From: the human T2T-CHM13v2.0 reference genome, Homo sapiens
Length of the DNA stretch: 64,000 nt
Direction: 5' to 3' (one strand)
NCBI RefSeq assembly: GCF_009914755.1
Contig: NC_060926.1
Made by a program: the position numbers and the translations under genes. A model generated the notes under the pieces. It saw only the letters and a list, made by a program, of their open reading frames with translations, was not told the origin of the DNA and searched no databases. Positions 54,367-64,000 of the stretch are shown piece by piece (within the stretch, counting starts at the first letter, position 1; each line of letters starts with the position of its first letter).

Positions 54367-55005
54367 CTAAATGTCAATTAGATGAAATAGATGAGGACAT
54401 TGTTGAAGTCTTCCATATGTTTGCCAATACATTTTTTGGTGTTCATTTTCTAGGGATTATTGAGAGACTGGTGTTATCTTTGGCTATATTTGTGAATTGC
54501 TTTATTTATTATTTCAGTTCTGACAGTTTTTGCTTTATGTGTTTAGAAGCTTGTTATTAGGTACATAAACATTCATGATTGGTATGTCCTCACGATTAAC
54601 TGACTTTATTTTGAAGAAATGACTTTACTTATCTCTATTAAACTCTGCCCTGAAATCTACATTATATACTATTATGTTGGCATTCCAACTTTCTTTTCAT
54701 TAGTGTTACTTTTAACTTACATGTGGCATTAATGTAAAGTCAGTTTCTTATAGGCAGCAAGTAGTTGAGTCTTGTTTTTTAATCCATATGACAAATTGAC
54801 AATCTATGTATTTTAAAAGGGATGTTTAGGCCATTTACATATAATGTGATTATTGACATGGTTTTGTTTAAATCTACAATCCTATTTTTTTTGTTTCTTT
54901 TTTGTTCCATCTGTTCTGTTTCCTTTTTTCCTCTTTTTCTACATTCTTTAGGATTTAGTATCTTTTATAATTTTATCTCTATGATGGATTATTAATCCGA
55001 ACCTT

Positions 55006-55046
55006 TGTGTGTGTGTGTGTCTGTGTGTGTGTGTGTGTGTGTGTGT
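55006..55046. repeat. (TG)n microsatellite
   Basis: ~20 units with one interruption. Confidence 0.95.
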
Positions 55047-58000
55047 TTAGTGCTCACTTTTAGGGTTTCTAGTATATACACATTTAATTTATTATGGTCT
55101 ACCTTCAAATTATATTACATCACTTTATATACAACTGAATATTTCCATTTCACCTATCCCAGAGTTTTTGATATTATCATACATTTTAATTCTGTATTTG
55201 TTATGAACTTTACAATATAATATCATTTTTACTGAAATCATTAGTTTTGAATTTCAAAATAAAAAAACAATTTTATATTTACCCGCATGCTTACTAATTC
55301 TGTGCTCTTTTCTTTTTTGTTAGATCCATATATCTACCCAATATAATTTTCCTTCTGTGAAAGACTTCCTTTTACATTCCTATCGTGCAGGCCTACTGGT
55401 AATTAATGTTTTTCATTTTTTTGTATTCTAGAAATATGTTTTATTTTGTCTTAGTTTTTTTAAAGGCTTTATATTATATATAAAATTCTAGGTGGACAAT
55501 AATACCTCCTTTTAAAACTTTAAAAATATTTTTCCACTGTATTCTGGTTTGTATTTCTTCCTAAGAGAAATTGTTTGTCATCCTGATCTTTGTTTTACTA
55601 TATATAGTGTGTCTTTTTTCTCTAGCTACTTTTAATAATTTTCTCTCTATTATCCTTAGTAGGCTATTTGATTATGGCATGCCTTGCAGTTGTCTTAATT
55701 TTCCTGTGCTTTGTTTATTGAATTTCTTGGATAAATGTATTTCTACTCCTAATCAAATTTGGGGGAAATTTTAATTATTTCTTCAAAGAGTCTTGTATTT
55801 TTTTAACATTCTTAAGATTTTTTTTCTAGGCTTCTCAAGTCATTTGTAAATAATTTCCTATTTTTGAAACCTGCCTCTAAGCTTTACAAGTGGGACCAGA
55901 AAAGTCTTTAGTTCAGGCCTCATTTTTCCTCACTGCTAAGGCAATACCATTTTCTAACATTCTACTCAATGCTGCATGTTTTACAAGGGGTTTCTATTCT
56001 GATTATTGAGAATATCAACTTTTAAAGGCTTGTTGTGAGCCTAAGATTGTTCCACCTGCTCTTTACAGGTAGTCCTTTCCCTGGCCTTGCTGGCTACCGC
56101 AAATGCATGCACCAATTTCATTCAGCTGAAGACAGAGGGGGGAATCCTTGGCAGGTCTTTGTAGCTCATTTTCCCTTCATGCAACTTTCTGTTCACCATT
56201 ACTCTGTCATGGGAACTCTAGCTCCTTGTCCTCTCCTACCTTTCGATGCTGTCTCCAAAATGCAGGTAACCAATAGGTTTTTCTTGCACTCCCCTCCCTG
56301 GAAAATCTCAAGGCAGTACTGGGGCAGTTGCAGGACCTAGCTTGCTTACTTTATCTTTCTCTAATGTTACAGAACTTCATTGCCTGTATTCCAATATCTG
56401 AATACTTACATTATATATATATATATATATTTAAGTTTTTTCCTAAACAACTAAAAATGTGCTTAATACTGGTGGATAAAACTGGTCTCTTTTACTTTTG
56501 CTATAAGAAGTACAGATGTTGACTTTAAAAATACCTTGCTGCATTCTGCAGAATCTATAATGTAGAAACTAAGGAGCTTTAACAATTGATTTCACACACC
56601 ATTGCTGTGTAAAGAAAGCCACACACAAAAATTAGTTTCTTTTCTTAAAAACTTTTTGCACTGTCAAAAAATTTAGTAACCAAAAAACATTTGATTTAGT
56701 AAGTCTGTAAACATTCTTCATATTAAATGTCTGTTTGGATTTTCAGAGAATCTTTGGGTCCCCAGGCTTGAAATTTAAAAATGAGATTATGTGACTATTT
56801 GCAATTCAAATAAAATAATATTACTTACAGGAACAAAGTCTGAAATCATCTGAATTTAAGAAATTAAATGTAATCTTTTATGAGTGTAAGGCAATAAAAT
56901 GATAGAATACAATTAGCTCAAATTTAAATACAAATATCGTCTCTGCCTGCAAATCATTTACATATATGTCAATTTTTTTATGTGTACTCCCAAAAGATTC
57001 AGCATACACAATCAAGATAAGTCATTTAGGAGATGTTGGAAAACATACAGATGGACAAGTGTTTTTCTGGTACATTTCCTCACCTTTTGGTTAGTAGTTT
57101 TCAGAAAAACTGCTATATTAGGTTTGTCCACAGGGTGATTATGGAGTCTCATAAATTTTGTTTAGGGGGTTTTTAGTTGAGTTGTTCTGAGAAAAATTTG
57201 AGATGAATAAGTGAAGCCAAGCTCTGGAGAGGAAAAAAAGGCAATTTTATCCAAATCTGGCACATTCTGAAGGTGGCTTGGGTTGAAAGTGAATCTAGCA
57301 TATGTATTTGGCTATGAGATGCTTCATGTCAACCTTTCCTTGCTCACACACAAACTTCTTTGATCTATCCTGAAAAGTCTGTTTATGCCAACATCCCATA
57401 TTGCTATATATAAAGTTTTGCAGGAACTTCTGGTGAAAACATTACTCTAAATACAGTGGGTGCTGTGTTTACCTAGACATAGATATGTGAATTATGTTTG
57501 ATGATTCAGTAGTAGGCAACATACCAGGTTCAGAACTAGATCAGAACAATCGTAAATTAGCTGTGCCCTATAAGCAAACAGAATGAATAAGTGAAAAATA
57601 TCTATTAAAAAATTACTTACAAAACCAGAGGCCAACTTGGGAATCATACTATTGCAAAGAGCATTTATTTCAACTCAGAGAATTAAGAGCTGTGAGAACT
57701 ACAAGAAATGCATTATGATAGTGAACCTTAGTTAATAATGTCATTCATAGCAGCCAAGGTTGACAAACAGAAGTTTGCCCTCAAGAAGTATTTGATAATA
57801 TGTCTTCTGTGTTTTCCTGTTTCCTGGCTAGAACTGGATATTCAATATGACTAATGCTTCTTTCATTAAAAAAGAAAAAAGACAGACTTCGAAATATTTA
57901 CTCACTTCTTCAAGAATGTAGAAAACACTTAATGATAACATTTCTGTTAGCTGCGGTGGCAGAATTATGTATTTACATCTAACACTTTTTTTCTGTATAA

Positions 58001-58689
58001 CAGGGATTACTTAATTACAGAGTACTCATATCCAAGGAAATTAAAGTTATTTTAAAATCTGAAGAACATTTTGAAATTAAAGTTGTATTTACTGTTTCTG
58101 AAACATATATTAAATGTCAGAATTACCAACTTTTTAAGAATTGCATGTCTCATACACAATTTATATGTGTGTGTACGGATGTGTGTGTATAGTAATTTTA
58201 CCTTTAAAAATGTAATGAACATATAACTTACAAGGCAAATTTTAAAAGACAGTGAACTGTTTAGTTCAAACAACTTAAGATCTGTTATGGCTATAATTAC
58301 AACAGTGGAAAATTGGCAGTCTTTAAACTATGAACCTAACGTGAGTTGGTATAAATAATTACATGTTTATATAGCCCAATTGAACAAGGCTACTCTGGCA
58401 AAAGCCATTTCAAAATACAAAATTAAAAATTGAAACTATAAGTATACTCAAGCAACTATAGTAATTAAAATCCATGTTAATTACAAATGATCCAGAAATA
58501 TTCTTGAAGAACAAACCTGTTGGACAACTACATGCCAATATATTTTTAGACATATATGGAGATAGTATTTGAAATCACAAGCATGTTTATAAGTCCTGGC
58601 TACTCTCTAAGTTTATGAGATTATACGGTATTATGGTCTATCATTATATTACAATATGTGCTAGTTAATTTTTATGTTACCATATGGAT

Positions 58690-58900
58690 GTACTTTTTGT
58701 AGTGCTATAGAATTTACCAACCAGTTCCACATACATTTTCTTATTCAATTCCCTTAACAAGTCCACAAGCCAGCTTTTAACTTAGTTATTATTATGCCCT
58801 TTTCCAGTTGAGGAAACCTGAGCCTCTGAGGGGCTATGCATGCCTGACACAGATTGTTGGGTTACAAGTGGCAGAGGTTTGCTAGAATTCAGTCATCTAA
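58690..58900 (-). mobile_element. MIR
   Basis: 'attatgcccttttccagttgaggaaacctgagcctctgag...aagtggcagag'. Confidence 0.7.
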
Positions 58901-59537
58901 ACCTATTATTTAATTAATAAAATATTTCAGACAAAGTACATAATTATATTGTATGGTTTTTATTGTCTAAAAACAGTGTTTGTGAACTGAATAGTAAAGA
59001 GGAAAGATCCTGCTTTACGAGCAGTTTTAATGAAGGCCCTGTTAGAAGGAATTTATTCATAATTTTCTGGTTGTATTCATCATAACACAATCTGAAAACT
59101 GATCTGAATTATAAAACAAGCTTCTATTTTGTATGTGTTATGTATTTTTTGTTAAAAAATGTGCTGTTAAAAGTCAGACATTGCTTTTAATTTAGGTGTA
59201 AAGAAACAAAAATATCAATGGACAACCTCAGAAATAATCTAGAGTATTTTTTAAATGATGCCACTTTATATTCTGACACATCCAGCAGAAAAAGCGAAAT
59301 GATTTGGGTTAAACAATTAGACGTGCCCTTTGTTTCCTTCTTTGAGCTTTACCTATTGAATTTGCCTGTGTTTTATGTACATACAACTCTAGACACGTGC
59401 TAAGACACAACCTTCTGACACTTTGCCAGAAACATGCAAATTAAAAACCTGAAATCTAATATGCAATAAATCGAAAATAAATGTGTCAGGGGATTTAGCA
59501 CAGGCAGCTCATAAGGGGACACCTTCTTTTCTTAATC

Positions 59538-59729
59538 TATAAAAGGCAAATGTCACGGTTGAGGCATCTGCCAAACTGCCATGGAGAATGTATTCACTGC
59601 ATTTGCTAAGCCAGGGGTACCAGGGCTGTCAGCAGAGAATGAAGGATGGGTACACCCAACTTTTAACTCCATCTTGAGAAAGAAAGAAAGAACGAAAGAA
59701 AGAAAGAACGAAAGAAAGAAAGAAAGAAA

Positions 59730-59797
<68 letters not shown>

Positions 59798-59846
59798 AAA
59801 GAAAGAAAGAAGGGGAACTTTCTCAGGACACACCAACAGGGTAAGT
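59538..59846 (+). promoter_or_regulatory. Candidate TATA promoter and first exon
   Basis: TATAAAAG 59538-59545, CA at 59565-59566, GCCATGG around ATG 59581, and AGG|GTAAGT at 59840/59841. Motifs only; no expression evidence. Confidence 0.3.
59677..59811. repeat. (GAAA)n microsatellite, ~135 bp
   Basis: Near-pure polypurine tract with two GAAC variants and some A-length slips. Confidence 0.97.
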
Positions 59847-60013
59847 AAAAAAGGCTTTGGGAGATTTAAAAATACAAGTTGAAATCCCCAGAAAAATGCT
59901 TCTCTTAGAGTTGCTAAAGACATCCAAATCTAGAGGCTTAGAGAGCCCTGAAGCTGGATTGGGTATGCTGAAATTAAAACCTAGAGGCTACCAAAAGGAT
60001 TATCAGAATAAAA

Positions 60014-60603
60014 CAATGCTTCTCAAAGCATGAGACAGGTTCCACTGCTAAGATATTATTATTTATTATTATTATCATTATTGTTATTTTCAAGACGGAG
60101 TTTCTTGTTGCCCAGGCTGGAGTGCAATGGTGTGATCTCGGCTCACCGCAACCTCCCCACTCCTGGGTTCAAGTGATTGTCCGGCATCGGCCTCCCAAGT
60201 AGCTGGGATTATAGGTGCCCAAGCCACCATTCCTGGCTAATTTGTGTATTTTTAGTAGAGACGGGGTTTCGCCATGTTGGCCAGGCTGATCTTGAACTCC
60301 TGACCTCAGGTGATCCACCAGCCTCGGCCTCCCAAACTATTGGGATTACAGGCGTGAGCCTCTACGCCAAGCTAGGATATTATTTTAAGTGGCACACAGA
60401 AATGCTTACTTGTTGATTTTATTTTACTTGTTAAAAATTTGATTATACATTTAATGAATACCTATTAAAATATAAGAAGCGTATTAAACTTCTGTTTGAG
60501 GACTGCAAGGATGAAAATAAAATAAAACTAAGTTTCAAAGAGTTACTCTGTGGAAAGTAGTGAAAATAATGGTTTAAATAAGACGAGGATTTGAAAAACA
60601 ATG
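60014..60603. mobile_element. Probable hAT-Charlie MITE split by an Alu
   Basis: Imperfect inverted termini 'caatgcttctcaaa' and 'tttgaaaaacaatg' (11/14). Confidence 0.45.
60061..60372 (-). mobile_element. AluSq/Sp-like, full length
   Basis: 'gagtttc..ttgttgccc', 'gcaatgg' and 'ctcaccgcaacc'; (ATT)n tail; TSD 'ta(a/g)gatattatt'. Confidence 0.95.
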
Positions 60604-60824
60604 TTAAAGTTGGCACCCAGAAGACTAAGGTTGTGTTAATGCTGGAACAGAGAGTACAAGCATTTATAAAGCAATTGTCCCTCTTTACTTTGCTCTTCTT
60701 TCTCTGGAGATAGGGGATATTGAAGATCTTCCTTTGTCTTAATTCATCATGCTATTATTCCTTATCTTTGCCATCATGCCTCCCATTTTATACTCTGTTC
60801 TTGTCCCTCACACATCCTCACCTC

Positions 60825-60900
60825 TACTGGAATGTAAGCTCCCACAGGGAGATAGTGTCTACCAAATATTTAGCACTTAATACATGGAAGAATGAATGAA
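60825..60900 (+). mobile_element. LINE-2 3' terminus
   Basis: 'gaatgtaagctccc' followed by 'gaatgaatgaa'. Confidence 0.6.
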
Positions 60901-61114
60901 TAACTGCTTTATCCCCACACATTTCTGGACTTGAGACCCCTCCCTGCTCACAGGATCGGTATCAACTCTGCCCTTTAGATCAAAGTATTTCTCCCTCAAG
61001 TCACCTTTACCTTACTTTTGAGTAAGAACTTCAAATTTTGGTTCCTTTAGACTTACAACTGGAAGCACACAAGTCCACTATGGGATTAAGGATTGCAGAA
61101 CTACATATAGGGTA

Positions 61115-61680
61115 TGTGCTGGCCTTCCCAACAGTCCCCTTGTCATTGTATAGTGATGTGATTTGAAAAATCTTTCAATGCAGCAGGGTTGGCCTGATTA
61201 GTGTACAATCAGGCTAATCCTATCACCCTTTCCATAGTGATTGGATAGGGATGGGAAGGTCTATGTCAATGGCAAAGGGCATTCCTCTTCCTACAAAAGT
61301 TGGTTCAGGAATAAGGAGATGACCCAGTTGCCAAAGGAGATGACAGGAGGTGTTTGCTTGAGATTTCTGAGAAAGAAGATAATTCTCACTTCTGAGAAAT
61401 TTGGAAATAATCTCTTGTTTCTCACTGGCTCCAGATATGTCCTGATATGAGTGTGGGCACCACTGTAACCATTGGGTTGCCAACCTGAGGTTGGAGTGGC
61501 ACACAGAACCGAGCAGAATCAGAGTCTGATGAAGAACAGGCTTGCTGGCTTGATCTCAACTCCTGTTTTGACCTCATCTAAACCTCTGGATCATGGCCTT
61601 AGCTTTAGTGAAACAATGATTTTGACATGCTCTGACATTTTAAAAAGGCTTTCGTTTTCTTTAACTTGGGGCAATATATT
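61115..61680. mobile_element. Old MaLR LTR (MLT1J/K-like)
   Basis: 'agtgattggatagggatggg' and 'ttggttcagga..atgacccagtt..ccaa'. Confidence 0.5.
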
Positions 61681-61844
61681 TATACAAGTTATAAATCTGT
61701 TACTATACAACCCACATTATCTGTTGAGTTACTGAAAAAATTCCAAGACAGTAGAAATTTATTACTTCATTTACTTGGATAATCTTGTTTTGTTTATTTA
61801 TTGCTTTTTATGTTTCCTTACTATAACAAGAAACTAAATAGTAA

Positions 61845-62420
61845 TTAGTATTATTAATAACTAACCCTTATTGAACATTTGCTTTGTACCTGACAATATG
61901 CTAATGATCACCACATTTAATCCTCCCAACAACCTTTCGAGGTAGGTGTGTCTTAGTCCATGTGTGTTGCTATAAAGGAATACCTGAGGCTGAGTATTCT
62001 CTGGGAATTTTATTTGGCTCACAGTTCTGCAGGCTGTATAGGGAGCATGGCGCCAGCATCTGCTTCTGTGAATGCCACAGGAAGCTTCCACTCATGATGG
62101 AAAAGGAGCAGCCATCATGTGGTGAGAAAGGAAGGAAGAGAGAGAGAGAGGAGGGAGGTGCCAGACTGTTTTTGACAATCAGCTCTGGTGGGAATGAATA
62201 AAGCAAAAGCACTCATTCCCATGAGGACACCACCATGACATTCATCAGGAATCCACCCTCATGAACAAAACATGTCCCACTAAGCCCCATCTCCAATATG
62301 GGGGATCAAATTAAAACACGAGATTTAAAGAGGACAAACACCCAAACTACATCAAGATCCCAAATTTATTCCCATTTCACAGATGAGAAAATGGAGCATT
62401 GGCATGTTTAAATACTTTAT
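61845..62420 (-). mobile_element. MIR split by an MST LTR
   Basis: 'catttaatcctcccaacaacctttcgaggtagg' before the LTR and 'attcccatttcacagatgagaaaatggag' after it. Confidence 0.8.
61949..62354 (-). mobile_element. MaLR solo LTR, MSTB-like
   Basis: 'tgtcttagtcc..tgttgctataaaggaatacctgaggctg...catggcgccagcatctgcttctg...ccaaactacatca'. Confidence 0.92.
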
Positions 62421-62523
62421 GGTCTAAGATTGAACATCATTGATGTGGCCAGGACATCTTTATGTTGAACAATTCTGACTACTAAGAGAAATCCTATGAC
62501 ATTTTCTATTAAAACTTGTGTTT

Positions 62524-64000
<1,477 letters not shown>

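Noticed and set aside
61189-61217. 11-bp hairpin
   Set aside because: Short and inside an LTR remnant; chance level.

Overview
AT-rich, CpG-poor primate genomic DNA, probably human or another catarrhine given its AluJ, AluS and AluY content. It looks like an intergenic region or a long intron. I find no recognisable protein-coding gene, RNA gene or CpG island, and the ORF track is almost entirely repeat-derived or chance ORFs. Much of the window is interspersed repeat: about 12 Alus, old L1M pieces and a 5'-truncated L1PA, many L2 and MIR remnants, MaLR/ERVL LTRs (THE1, MST, MLT1, MLT2), a decayed ERV-L provirus (RT, RNase H, IN, dUTPase, 3' LTR), a fossil hAT-Charlie transposon and several MITEs. 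These often form multi-layer nests. Subfamily names come from recalled consensus features and need RepeatMasker/Dfam confirmation; boundaries of old elements are approximate. I cannot support a new biological system. The most unusual signals are: (i) three locally templated insertion or duplication scars, one a near-identical inverted copy fused to an Alu fragment inside an MLT2A LTR; (ii) a TATA-Kozak-ORF-splice-donor arrangement running through a (GAAA)n microsatellite at ~59.5 kb; (iii) a candidate minus-strand exon at 42.8 kb; and (iv) two motif-dense candidate enhancers.
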